A stretch of DNA of 63,802 nucleotides, the filler included, from Klebsormidium nitens (Eukaryota > Plantae > Klebsormidiophyceae): NCBI GenBank assembly GCA_000708835.1. It is 8 parts of 8 records of this genome, joined end to end, with 100 filler letters (N's around TTAATTAATTAA, not from the genome) between each part and the next. Parts side by side here need not be neighbours in the genome. Positions count along the whole stretch, not along the records: positions 1 to 19,900 come from DF237927.1; positions 20,001 to 28,955 come from DF238218.1; 6 more parts are not named here. One strand, given 5' to 3'. Position numbers and translations under genes: made by a program. Shown piece by piece: positions 12,401 through 24,448 of this stretch (positions within the stretch are counted from its first letter, which is position 1; every line of letters starts with the position of its first letter). The notes under the pieces are model-generated. The model was not told where the DNA came from. It saw only the letters and a list, made by a program, of their open reading frames with translations, and ran no database searches.

Positions 12401-15400
12401 GTCACATACTCACCTGAAAGTGTCGACGCACGCGGTCACGTTCTGGCCCGCCCAGCACCCTCCGTTGTTGTCCAGACACTCGTTGGTCTCGACCGCTCCG
12501 CTGAGACAGACCGACGGTTCGGACCCGACGTCGAAGCCGGAGCAGATGGCCTTAAGTACGCTGGACGGGTTAAGGCGACCCCGGTACTGGTTGGTGTTAA
12601 CCACGACGGTTGGCAGGAAGACGACCTGGCCGCGGCCGCTGCCTTCCTGGTCCATCTTGGACGAGAGCTCCGCCTGGCACAGGGGGTCACGAGGCGGGTT
12701 ACTGAAAGGGTTAACGAAGCCGTTTTGCGGTCCAGCTCGGAGGAGAGCTCTTCTTGGGACAGGGTTAGAACGCGGAAGAAAGAGAATAATGACTTGGTTG
12801 GCGGAAGATCAGCTTGAAGTTGCAGGAGACGACTATCTAGGGTTTCACGGTGTAAGAATGCATAAGCGAGCGGAAGAAGAGAGGCGGCAGTTCCTCTTAG
12901 CTGCCGCGTAAGCTTCTGGACGATCCGTCAAACTGTGCCAGATGTGTTGGAAGTGTTTAGGCATCCGCACCTTTAAAAGAAAACTTCTTCAGGCTTCTGG
13001 CGCATCATTGATGGCAACTAGTACAAGATCTGCAGACTGGCGCGAGGGGCAACTTCAGACGCACTCGCAAGTGCAAGCACTATACAAGGCAACAACTTCA
13101 ATGTCTAGACGGCCGAAGCCCACGATGTCAAAACTCTCACTACATAACCCTCAAAGGTACACGTCGCAGTTAGATCGCTCACTTCCAGCAGCGGGTGCGG
13201 CTGGTCGAGGTCTGCGCCGCTCTCGCACTCCTTGACGGCTGCCACGTCAGCACCGAGCCCCGTCATGATGTCGTAAGCGCACTCGGGCGTGAAGCGGTTG
13301 TTCCGGAAGGAGCACTGCGCGTCGAAGGACGTGACGTACGTCCACCAATCCCAGGGAGTACCGGCAGCGATGAGGGATTTGAATAGGCAGAGTTGCCTGG
13401 GGGAAAGGAAATAAGGGTTTTGTGGTTTTGATATTTTTGTAAAGTTTATAAATTGACACACTAGCGGCGTTGGAGGCTGCTTTCGGATGTATTTGTGAGG
13501 GGCGAAGTGTCAACGACGTGACGTACGTCCACCAGTCCCAAGGAGGGCCGGCGGCAGTGAGGGATTTGAACAGGCACAGTTGCCTGGGGAAAAGGAAGTA
13601 AAAGTTTTAGAAAATTATCTTACGACACATCGAGAGCATTGGAGGCGGATTTCAGATGTCAACTTGCGACCCAATCAATCAACGTAAAATAGGTCCTAAG
13701 GGGTTTAAGGAGTGCGAGCAGCGTCCAGCGAATGAAACAGGCATAGTGGCCTTGAGGGAGGTGGTAAGGGTTCGATACCAAGAGAGCGCTGGGGCTGGCT
13801 GGGGACGTGTTCTGAAGACTTAGTGCCGGTCAGGAAAGAAGATCAGGCACAGCTTATCAGAGAACGACGATTAAAGCGTTCTAGGTTGAACATGAAGAAT
13901 TTGGGTCGGGTTTCAAGACGGATTTGGATGTATTCGTGACTCGAGGGAATCTGCTGAGACGGTTGACAGGAGCGCAAAGTTGATAACAGCACCCAGAAAG
14001 CATAGCGAAAGCGAGAGCGAGAGCGAGCGGTGACCGATTCGCAGCCCCACCTGAGGTTCTCCCGAGCAACATCCGCCCCGGAGTAGCCTGCAGAGCTGTC
14101 GCCGTCGGGATCCTGCAGAATAAAGCAAATTCTTTTTATTCCATGAAAACGACAGTTCAAGCGGGGTGGTTCGCTTTCTTTGAAACAGCACTGATTTGCG
14201 TGAAAGCACCAAGTCCTGCCCAGAGTTGCGATGACGAAGGCAAGTGGTTGCCACCCATCCCAGCTATGGTAATCGAAGGCCTCGAAGTACGGTCTTCTGG
14301 ATCACAGGGGCTGTGGATGAGTACTAGGGTTAAGCGAAGGGATTGAGCGGGCGTAATTCTAGCGAGCTTCATCCTGTTGCCAAGGCGGTGCTCTAGTAGT
14401 CGATGCCATCCCGTTGCGTTTCCGCTCTGATGAGCCTTGAAGATATCCTAATGCCCGGGGGCTTCCGAAGTGAATTGAATTGATTGTGATGCAGAAAGCA
14501 TCGGCAAGGAACAAGTGTCCAGAAAAATGTCTCTGCCGGTCCATCGCCTTCGATCAAATGCATACCAGCAAGCTTGTAGGCCCAGCTTCTCCTATAACCG
14601 ACTCTGCTCAGCTTCTGTCTAGACACGTGGAACGCACATGCGAGAACATCAGAACCGGAGTTGCGGCGTTTAAGTCCAAATACCCCGAAACCCTAAGCCT
14701 ACAATCCACTCACGCTTGCGCAGTAGCGGCCATTGGCGATGCAGCTCATGGTGCACGTCTGAGCGCCGGGCGCGGATGGGCAGGGCCACATCTGCGACAC
14801 ACGTAAAAAGGAAGTCTTCAACACCTCGATGAAACAACGCCCAGACCGAAAGAAAATCACGTATCAACAGCTCAGACCAGTCGAAGTGGTGCAAACACAC
14901 TACGAAAGAAAGGCTCCTAGCATGAACGCTTGAAGGTCAGGCGTTGCTCCGGCGTTCGTCTAAGGGCCTCGATAGGTTGGCGTATGAGGTTTAGAGGCGT
15001 CAGAACGAGCTGACAACCGCCGGTATCTAATCTCATTCCTCAAAAGCAAGCCTGGCGCTATGCGACAGGAGCCCTTCCTGCATCTCATCCTCGAAGGCAC
15101 CAAGAACCTCAGATCAACGGCGAGCTTCGCACGTCACACACGGTACCAAAAGCTGCAGACGTCCTTGCATCAAAGCAACCTCAGGACTGCCTTGTACCAT
15201 CTGAAGCTTCCTGAAAACCATCGCTAACCGTGTCGAACGCCGCTCGTATGCTGCAGCACAAGATCTACAAACGAACCACCGTCTTGTCACAAAGCGGCCC
15301 AAATATTATCAAGCCCTCTTCAGGGTGAAGGATTACCAGGAAGTGCGGAGTGAAGAGCGTGTAGCCCCCTCGCTCTAGTTCCTTGGCGATGCCGGCGAAG

Positions 15401-18400
15401 TCCACCTTGAACGCGGCCTGCTTCCCGCACATCGCACCGCACTCGCCGGAGCTGGTTCCCCAATATTCCTGAAAGCATAGAGGGGTTCCGTTTCTGTTTG
15501 ATGTTAAACTCCGAAGTTTCCAGACTCAGAATTCCTCGCGCTTCGGTCTTTGATTAGAAGCCAATGGAAAGTTGCAAAAGCCGGCGACTCCTTTCACACG
15601 AGCCTCTCTTCGATTTTTCGACTCCGATATCCAATACTTTGATAGCGTTCTCGACGCACCAGCTATACCGAGCCTCCGCCCTTAGATCGCCTTTACATCG
15701 TCAAAAACCTCACCAAGAAGATTGAACGGCACGGCAATCGTGAAGTACCTTTTGCAGAATGCCCCTCGATCACAGTGCTCGTATAATCGAAAGAGGTTCC
15801 TCAGATATGAGGTGTCACGTCTTACGCACGTGAATACACTGAGCAGGACTCGACAGCTGGCGACTCACCCACTCTACTCGGTTGTCCGGATGCGGGATCG
15901 CTTCCCGCCAGTCCATCTCCACAACAATCTGCTCGCCGTTCGTAAGTTGGTCTAGGAGCGCCCGCCCGTCCTTCATGGCTATCATGGCAACTGGAACGGT
16001 GACCGACTCGCCCTGAGTCCAGCTTCGGACGTCCCGGTCGTCCGTCTGCGTTTTGGAGTTCGGGTTTGCATCTCAGAGTAAGTGATGCAGTCACAGTCGG
16101 CTACCTTCGGAAGCAGAGTTGACGGTGAATCCTGGGCGAGGGTTGGCTTTCTAATTCTTACAATGTGGATCCTATCCGGCTTTATCTTATTTGATGCTTT
16201 GGGGAAAAGTCCTCGTGATCAGAAGCATCGGTTATCAGCCAAAGTGATTAAAAGGTATGCGTAGCTTGTCAAGGGGCAGAGAGAGGCTTGCAGCAAATGC
16301 GGATAAGGAGAGAAAAGGTAGGGACTCGTTGAGAACAGACGGGCGACCAAGCAGAAGAGGACTCGTTGAAAAGCGTAAGGAGCCAAATATGATTCAGCCG
16401 ATGCTGCAATGGTGAAGGTGGTGGGGAAAGAAAGGAAGAAAGCAACAATATTAACCGGGGAAGGCGAGAGGGGGCCCACATTAGACGGCACGAAAGATGA
16501 AAGCAGCAAAGTAGAAAGTAGTAGCAACCAGTGGACGATCTTCAGATCTGGATTGAGGCTTGTTTAAGCAGCAAGACAGCAAGAGCAAAGACAAGCGACT
16601 CACCATGACAAGAAAGATAAGATAAAACCGCAAAAGGAAGAGTTAAGGAACAAACAGCCATTGCAAAGCAGCTGGGGGAAAAGGGAGGGAAAGGCTAAAA
16701 TGAGGAGAAGTAGAGCCGAAGAACCACCCCTTCAACATGGTGGCGCAGGAGGTTTGAAGCACGACAGAAGAAAGCAAGGAGAAAAGAACATTGAAAACAG
16801 GTGCGTAAAGCGACGGATCAAGGAAGAATGACAGAAGTAGACCTCACCACAGCCATGGTAGCGAGCGCCTCAAACGTGTTATCAACCACCAGCACCGCTT
16901 GGGCTCCTGCACACAAACGCTGTGCTTGTTGAGTACAGCCCTAAGTGCAGCCTTAAGTACAGCTTGTACACCTTAAGTACAGCCCTCTTTGTCAAGAAGC
17001 CGTGTACGCAGTGACACCTCCCAGTCACTACAAGCAGCTTCAAGGGCTTGACTTGCGGGAGCAAGTGACTGGACTGTCAGGCAATAATTCTGCTCCACAG
17101 TGTTAGGAACTGCGTGGCGCCCTCTTTAAGCTCAGCCTCTGCGTCTCCACCCTGATTGTTGATTTCTCGTATTGGTGAAAATTGAAGCACTTCGGTTCCA
17201 AAAGGTTCCTCGGACGGTTCAGAAGTGAAAGGCCTGGCCAATGTTTAGAAGGCATTCTCCACAACCGGCTGGGCCTTTTTGGCATGGTCAAGCTGCTGAA
17301 GCCTGGACGAGGCTCTTTATGGAAAAAGTGGACTTGCTGGCTCAGTGGTATCTCCTTGGACGCAGGACTTGTCAATTTTGCCTTCTATGGTGCCATGCAC
17401 TTGCGGGTCCTGCTAGATTCTCCAGCTTTCAGATAGGTTGAGCTCCTGATCAATCTTTTGCGTACATAGCCTCTCGAACTACCAACATTCAGCCTAGCTG
17501 AAAGTCACTTCTTCTCCCAACCCCTCCCCTCTGCTTCATCGCCAGGAGTTCTGTTTTGTTTCAAATGCACTGTTCTCGTTTCACCTCCTTGAACGAGCTA
17601 ACATTCAACCAACAACGACCATTTCAGAGACCCCTTAGCTGAGAAAGAACAAGAGTTTACTTGGAAAGACTGGGGTGCCTAGGCTCTGTGTTCCTTAGAC
17701 ATCCTCTTTCGCGCTAGGTCATTGGCAAAATCCAACTCCAGAATGAGATGTAGGTGTGAAGATGACGCACCAGCAGCTTGGGCGTTCACTGTCTTAGTCA
17801 CGAATGTGCAACCACCCCTTTCGATGAGCGCCACTGGGACTTGGCCCGGTGTCAAGCCCTTTGTCAGGGACTCTGCAAAAGGCGTGCACGCCTGGGCATT
17901 GGCACTGACATACACCAGCTGCCCGGTCAGTGAGCCTCCGTAGTTGGGAACTCCAAACTGCACGAGCCCAGGGAGAATACTTCTTAACCTAGCAGGTTAA
18001 CTTGGGCTGTTAATCTGGCACGTTAACCTGGGAGTTGTCAGGGGGAGCGCTTGCCCACTGGCAGAGCTGTATGACACCGCTCTCTCGTCGCTGTTTGAGG
18101 TCCAAAGTCAGCTGAAGAAGAGACTGATAAGTGATGCGTTCAACAGCTTTCACAGTTCTGTGCTCCGGATCATTCGCTGGTAGAAAGAAATAGCCAACTG
18201 GTCATTGAGCTTCTGTTCATTGAGTTTCTGTAATACGGTGGTGGAGATGATTATGGAGCTTCAGCTGGCCACCGGGAGGGATTCGCGTGCCACGCATGAT
18301 AGTATCTTGTGAATTCTAGTAGACGTTTCCAGCGGACTGGTGCATAGTGGTTATCACAATTCCCTAAACTTCCGCGTATGTTGTGGCAACTCAGCCCGCT

Positions 18401-18800
18401 CGAGCAACATGAGGACCTGAACACCAGTCCCCTTTCCAAAACCATCGGTACGACCACCCCCAGACTGACTGTGCTGTGCATAAGCCCACGTCACAGCTGT
18501 CATCACTCACTGGAGCACGGGTTCAATGAGTGCATAGCTCAGTAACAGAAGTTGGGTCTCATACTACAGTTTGACAGTCTCGCAATAGAGACTTCAATGA
18601 GAATTGCAAAGACAGAGCGAAGCCATTGAAGTACTTACGGCGGCCATTGCAGTATCATAGACTTGGCCAGTAGTCTTAACCCGCAGACTGTTTGTCTCCA
18701 CAATGAAAGGCGCTCCGTGCACTGATTGCATAGCAATCCCCAAGGCGAGAACAAGTGCCACAGCTGCCACTCTCTGCGTCATCTCTACAGAAGCAACCAT
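9461..18800 (-). CDS. VSR: Vacuolar sorting receptor (BP-80/VSR family); 14 exons: 18800-18639, 17957-17771, 16906-16848, 16045-15869, 15468-15337, 14791-14714, 14112-14051, 13396-13183, 12673-12414, 11798-11663, 11043-10957, 10654-10583, 10318-10061, 9646-9461
   Basis: Phase-consistent splicing yields a signal peptide, PA domain (FGVPNYGG...[10 protein letters not shown]), [59 protein letters not shown] repeats, a transmembrane helix ending YKYRMR, and a cytosolic [13 protein letters not shown] (YxxL sorting motif). Confidence 0.93.
11880..12140 (-). repeat. Two echoes of the acceptor of VSR exon 11798-11663
   Basis: Plus-strand GGCACG.ACAC....AGC.CCTGGGAAA.CCAC recurs with acceptor-equivalent CTG at 11935 and 12105 (real 11799). 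Confidence 0.7.
13505..13610 (-). repeat. Echo of the acceptor and 5' end of VSR exon 13396-13183
   Basis: GACGTGACGTACGTCCACCA.TCCCA.GGAG..CCGGC.GC..TGAGGGATTTGAA.AGGCA.AGTTGCCTGGGG.AAAGGAA.TAA is duplicated 187 bp away from the real junction. Confidence 0.9.
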
Positions 18801-19269
18801 CGTTGTTTCCTTACAGCTGTCAAGTTCTTCTGCAGGCTCCCTGTCCTAATGCAGCTCCTTAGTACTTCAATGGAAAGCCAAAGCTTTGGTTTCTCCTAGC
18901 CTTTTCTCTCTTTAGGCAATGAACTCTTGGCTTCTCCGGGCTTGCGTGCTGTTCTGAGTTGATTGGAAAGGACCCCTCCAACTCTCCTTCCGTTGGTCCC
19001 CTCCGCCTGCATTCAAGCCACTTTGCCGTGAACAGCGCTCCAACAGAAAGGTTGTCGTTCTTGAACAATCTGGATCTAAGTTTTGTCTCCTCAGCTCTGC
19101 TTTTCAGACACCTTTCACCCTGGTATTAGTAGGTAGATATGCAGCACCATGCGCCAGCTCAGCTGAAGCAGCACACTCAGCACGGTAATCTTCTTGCAAT
19201 GAAAATTATTGGCGTCCATGTGCAACCTCCAGGAGTACTGGAGCGTGCATCATGCTCCACTTTTCAGTG

Positions 19270-19460
19270 CCGTACCTGTATTTGATTTCGGCACCTTCGA
19301 CGCAAAATAGTTAATTATGAAACTTTTATTCCTTTCAGCAGGCTCGACGTTACCTGCAAAAATAACCATTATCGAACCATTATCGCCCCAAGATATTCTC
19401 TGAAAATTTCAGCCGGCCTAATAATTATTTATTTTTCGCCGAAATCAAATACAGGTACGG
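19270..19460. mobile_element. 191-bp MITE, probably Tc1/mariner (pogo-like) type
   Basis: Perfect 23-bp terminal inverted repeats CCGTACCTGTATTTGATTTCGGC (19270-19292 and 19438-19460) with an AT-rich interior. Right flank is TA; left flank is TG (possibly a mutated TA target duplication). Confidence 0.7.
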
Positions 19461-19900
19461 TAGTTACGGCGGTTATGATGGTCCCCCGGGCTGAACCGTC
19501 TGTCGCCCATAAATGGTCACGAAGACCAACCGCCGCCGGGACACGACGCCCATGTCATTTCACTCTATACACATGAGCCGCTGAGCTCGTGTGGCGCACC
19601 CGTTGCAGGAGCGTCAGACCACGTCAATTTCTGGCGACAGACTAGACGTGATTAATTGATTGCTCTAGACCTGCCCGGTTGGCAAGTTCGCGCCACCAGA
19701 GGTCCCAGCCTGGATGAGCCTGGAACTCCCTGTATCTTGGACCGTCCGATCCGTTGTTTTCAAGAAGAGACCAAAGGCAGACCGTTCGTTCCAAGACCTG
19801 ATCAAACTTTGCCGACACAGAACAACTAGAGCGCGTCACAAAACGGTGTCAAGCAGCATGGACATGAAGATCATCTTCAAACTTCAAAGCTCTGTCTCTG

Positions 19901-20000
19901 NNNNNNNNNNNNNNNNNNNNNNNNNNNNNNNNNNNNNNNNNNNNTTAATTAATTAANNNNNNNNNNNNNNNNNNNNNNNNNNNNNNNNNNNNNNNNNNNN
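19901..20000. other. Artificial scaffold spacer (first of seven; 12-mer at 19945, 29000, 34063, 49674, 55216, 58757, 62589)
   Basis: Identical N44-TTAATTAATTAA-N44 blocks; the 12-mer places stop codons in all six frames. Confidence 0.97.
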
Positions 20001-20302
20001 AATGTATATGGAGTGTTCCGAGTCACAGCCTATCTTTAGGTCTACACTCTAGCCTAGAAGGCTCAGTGGACCGTCACCTAGTAAGTCCGAAAATTTCAGT
20101 CTATACCGTACATCTACGGCTAATATCGAACCTACACAATATCGACGATTATGCCAAGTCATTCGGGTGTAACGCTGTAACCCGCGCGCTTTTTACCGTG
20201 TAACCGTATCTTCTAGTTACCGGCGAATTACCGTCGACGTCGTGATCCTTAAACCCTAGAATCACCCAGAGATTCGGTCCTCTAAATGCCCGTATCTCAA
20301 CA
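20001..20302. mobile_element. Partial LTR of the Copia family seen at 23073-23447 (left end cut by the scaffold edge)
   Basis: Shares GGTCTA.ACTC.TAGCCTAG, ATCGAACCTAC and GGGTGTA.CGCTGTAACCCGCGC with 23073-23447 and ends in TCTCAACA. Positions 20001-20075 match 58638-58712 with 2 mismatches. Confidence 0.7.
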
Positions 20303-20871
20303 AAAGTCTTGAATTATGGAGGGGCAGTCTCAAGCGCACTCGAGGTCTTTATCCAATCATTTCCAAGTGCCCCGTCCAGCTGTTGGATTAGCTTACTTGC
20401 GACCGCATAGTAGAGCACAGTGCGCCACGGCAAGCAATCCTGGTCATAATAGCGACTGACAATGACTAACAACTGTTTAGGACTGAACGAACTTTACAGA
20501 ACTAAACATAATTATTGCCCTACCATACATCTTAGCCGGTGGCATAATTACAATCAATTATGTCACATCAATACTGGCCACATGCCGTTACGTCGGCAAA
20601 TTGGAAAAACCCAAAGTAAACACTTATGCAATTGTGCGGTTAGAGTTAACCGTAGCCCAATCGTCACAATGCCCTGTTGACACTCCTCGGCTTATTTTTA
20701 GTCCTCCAAGGATAGGACAGATGACAAAACACTTACTCGTCACGAAAAGTCAACACTTATTACCACTTGCTTTGTCGGAGCTATAACCACTCCGTACGAG
20801 ACAACGAACTCGGATACGGCGTCGTGTGGGAGCTTAGTTACTACAAGTAACTATACAGCTCTGACTGAACA

Positions 20872-21960
20872 CTAAACAATAAGGACGCCCCAAGCCCTTC
20901 TCGCCGTTCTTCCAGTCCTCTTCCACCGCCTCGGCGCGTTCACGACATTTCTCTTTGGCTCCCACGGATTATGTTCTGGGCTATAAACCTTCCGGGATAC
21001 GAGATAGGAGGCGCGAGGATGACGTCGTCCTCGGAATCGATGATTCAATATTGAATCCATCTCATACTCCAGAGGACCTTCTACCAATCCAATTCGTGGT
21101 AGTGGGGGTTGTACCCGTCCCTTTGACCAGTAAGGCTCAAGCAGAGATACGTGAAATACATGATGAACGCGCCAACTTGGATTCATCTTTAGCTTGTACG
21201 CTACGGGATCCACAACCTACTCGACTTCAAATGGACCAATCCATCGGGGGAGAAGCTTACGAGATTTCTCGCCATGCTTAATGTTAAGGTACTTCGTACT
21301 GGGAAAAACCTTATCTCCCGCACAGAACGTTCTCTCTGTACGACGCTGGTCTGCATACGCTTTCGTCAATGTTGAGCTGCAATCAAACACTTCCGAGCAT
21401 AGGTGAGAGCAGATTGCCAACGCTCAACGAAAGCAACAGAGGCAGGGTGCACATCTTCCAACTTTTCACCCGGTGGAGTCCTTGGGTTAGAGCCGGAGTG
21501 AAGGAAAAACGGTGTCTGACCTACAGAAGAGTTATGGGCAAACTCCGCTCGTGACAACAGAGTGTCCGAGTCATTTAGCTGCGCAGAGACAAAATGACGA
21601 AGATACGTTTCCAGCGTTTGATTCACACGTTCCGTCTAAACGTCGTTTCTGTGGATGGAAAGACGAGGGCATAACGTGCCTAGTACCAATAAAGCTCCGT
21701 CACCCCTTTTTCAAAATGCACTCGTGAACCGCGAATTACGATCTGTAATAAACTCTTCGCTCGGGCCATTGAGACGCCAGACCTGATCAACATAGAGCTC
21801 TGCAAAATCTTTTGCAGACAAGTCCTCACGGCAAGCAACAAAATGCACCATTTTTGTCAGCTTATTCACAAAGACACAAATATAGTCATTTCACCGAGCC
21901 GTCTTAGGCAACTTGACAATAAAGTCAAACCTGACAGTCTGCCAAGCCTTCGCGTACAGT
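20872..21960 (-). mobile_element. Ty3/Gypsy chromovirus relic: integrase core, GPF/Y module and chromodomain, with frameshifts and stops
   Basis: AWQTVRFDFIVKLPKT...VNKLTKMVHF; NQTLETYLRHFVS...AEFAHNSS...TPFFL; GDKVF...KLLPRWIGPFEV; VAYKL...VHHVFHVSLLEPY; EYEMDSILNHR...YLVSRKVYSPEHNPWEP. Confidence 0.92.
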
Positions 21961-21989
21961 CCAGTTGGTTAGAGCGCTTGATTTAAGTG

Positions 21990-23447
21990 CGGGACTCGTG
22001 ACGGTCGGAATGACGTCAGCACGGTCCGTACTACAACAAAATGTACTCCGGCTTGTGCTCCCGCCTATCCGGCTGCTGCATTTCCGGGCAATGTGACCAA
22101 ACTTCCCGCAATTATAGCACTTAGGCCCTTTGCCCCGGCTCCCATTTTTGCCGTGGCCCTTCTCCTTGCTCCCTTTCCGCCCGGCCATACAGGCAACAGC
22201 GGAGTCCGACCCACCGCCGCCCTTTTGTTTCGGCGGGCTCTTCAAATCACTGCTCATGCACCAAGAGCTTCGGCAGAATCGCATCCACCAAGCTCATGGC
22301 GCCATTTGCAGCCTCTAGGATTGTTTCTCAGGGAACTGAACGTCTTGGGCAATCGCGCAAGCACGCTCCACGCCAATCCATCCGGCTTCATCTCAAAACC
22401 GGCGGCGACCCAGTCCCTATACAAGTCCTTTGCCCCACCCACATACATGCTCACGGGCTCACTCGACTTCATTTTGGGAGAATGCAACTCTTGCTTGAGC
22501 TGCATCTTCTTCACATTGATTGTGCTCTGGTAGGTTTTCTCAAGGAGATCCCACGCCTCCTTTGCGGTACTGCACGCCTTAATCGACCCCGAAATGGTGG
22601 TCCTCAAAGTTCAACCCAATAGTAAAAAAAGCTTTCATGGTTTGAGCAGAGTGCGCTATGGGATCTTCAACTCGATCCATAGATCCTTGGGAGTTAGAAA
22701 ATCTAAATGTCGAATTCCACGTTTCTAGAGTTCTCCACAACCAACTTATCGATGTGCATCTTGTAACCGTCGGCCATTGTAGGGATTGCGTTCCCGTTCT
22801 CTCTTTCTCAAGATCAAAGGCAAAGAATACCCTTTTAGGCTTTCCCTGCCACTTGATCCCCGTATGGGCTTTCAAATATCGTTTAAAACAAAGAGCGTCC
22901 ACGATAAAGCAGACTGCCCCCACCGATGCCTTCATTGACCAAGAGACAACCATTGGCCGACCAAGCTTGGCGCACATATTCAAATTTCACCCTGCTGGAC
23001 CTACTTTTGAATGCGTGCGCCTTCACTCCTTCAGGGCCTTGGTGCGCCGTAGTGCGCCGTCGGCCCATAACCTGTTGAAATACATTGTTGAGAATCAATT
23101 ATCGAATAATCAAGTTCACACAATACGTATCGAGTTTTTGGAGTCAAGCGGCGCTAAAGCTATGTAATCCGTGTGCTATGCTAGACTCGATCAAGTAGAG
23201 TCACACTCTCCGTCTAGGTCTATACTCATAGCCTAGTAGACTCAGTTGACACCGGATAAGCAAGTTCGAAACTTTCGCGCAAATCTAAATATCTGCGGCT
23301 ATCATCGAACCTACTGATTACGGCGGTTACTAAAAAGTCATTTGGGTGTACCGCTGTAACCCGCGCATCAATCGCCAACCGCTAAGTACAGGTTATCGTC
23401 GAACTTCTGTCGACGTCACTCAAGAGATTGCGCACACAATCTCAATA
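21990..23447 (-). mobile_element. Ty1/Copia relic: 5' LTR (23447-23073), PBS (23072-23062) and degenerate gag from ATG 22777 through the zinc knuckle
   Basis: On the minus strand the LTR ends TTTCAACA and is followed directly by GGTTATGGGCC, the copia-type tRNA-iMet half-molecule PBS. Gag reads MADGYKMHIDKL...TAKEAWDLLEKTY...MQLKQEL...YVGGAKDLYRDW...VLARLP...CYNCGKFGHIARKC. Confidence 0.88.
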
Positions 23448-23816
23448 GGCTCTTAAGTGTCATTTGGTCTAAAGAGCATCCGTGATAAGGCAAATTGCCC
23501 CCATCGATAATTTCAGTAAGAGGAGTGATCCATAGATTGATTTGTGCGGAACTTCCAAGCCACAATCAAGTCTAGTCGGCTCGGTGGACCGACACTATGA
23601 AATCATCAGACGTTGCACCATATACCGTACATTGATGGCTATTTTTTACCAAATTCATTTCAACGGTTAGCATAACATATTACTATTAGGGACTACCATT
23701 GAAACTCTTGCTTCGAAATCATTGTCGAACAACAGTCGACGTTTCGAGCGCCTAAATCCAGTTGAAACATTTTATCATATACCGCACATCAATGGCTGTA
23801 TTTAAACCAACTTCAT

Positions 23817-24448
23817 CACAGGCGGTTTATATGCGGTTCTGGGTACCGCGGTTAGACCGCCAATACATCCCGGAGTGTCCTCGGAGCAACCAACGACAAA
23901 CCGCGGTCTCAGAATCCAAGATCGCGGTTTGAGACGGGCTGCCAGCAGTCTAAGTTTCGACTATACTTATATACGCGGCCGCATATTCATTTCATATAAG
24001 GGTCGGACCGGTCGATAAAGTACCGCTTAGAGGTCTTCATACGCGGTCGACATAATCAATCGCGGTCGACCGGAGCTTTCAATCACGACGTCAAGATCGA
24101 ACCAATTTGTGCTCACTTTTTGTTTTCTTGTATCTTTTTTTCGCGTCGATGAAACACTGAGCTGCTTTTTGGGGCTTGTTACATGTGGTGACTAGAGCTT
24201 AAGTCCAATTTTACGCCTTGTTTCTTTAGGGAGAACTGTAACAGCAAACGTTACAAGTTCGGAATATTTATTTGCCCCATATTCAAGCCATGAAACCTCG
24301 GACTTCCGACCTCCAAACCGCGGTTTGGAGTCCAGAGACCTCGGTCTCGAATCCGCAAATCACGGTCAATCCGTGGTGACTTCGCACATGCATTGCGGTC
24401 TGGACCGCCGAGTCCTCGGTCTCCGATATTGCATATAAATCGCCTGTG
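23817..24448. mobile_element. 632-bp non-autonomous TIR element with CACAGGC...GCCTGTG termini and AT flanks
   Basis: TIR CACAGGCG.TTTATATGC at both ends with internal ACCGCGGT-like repeats. It interrupts the second unit of a local tandem repeat whose first unit (~23610-23760) shows the empty site. Confidence 0.78.

Noticed and set aside
19945-19956. TTAATTAATTAA palindrome recurring seven times
   Set aside because: Always centred in N44...N44; it is an artificial six-frame-stop scaffold spacer, not a biological site.
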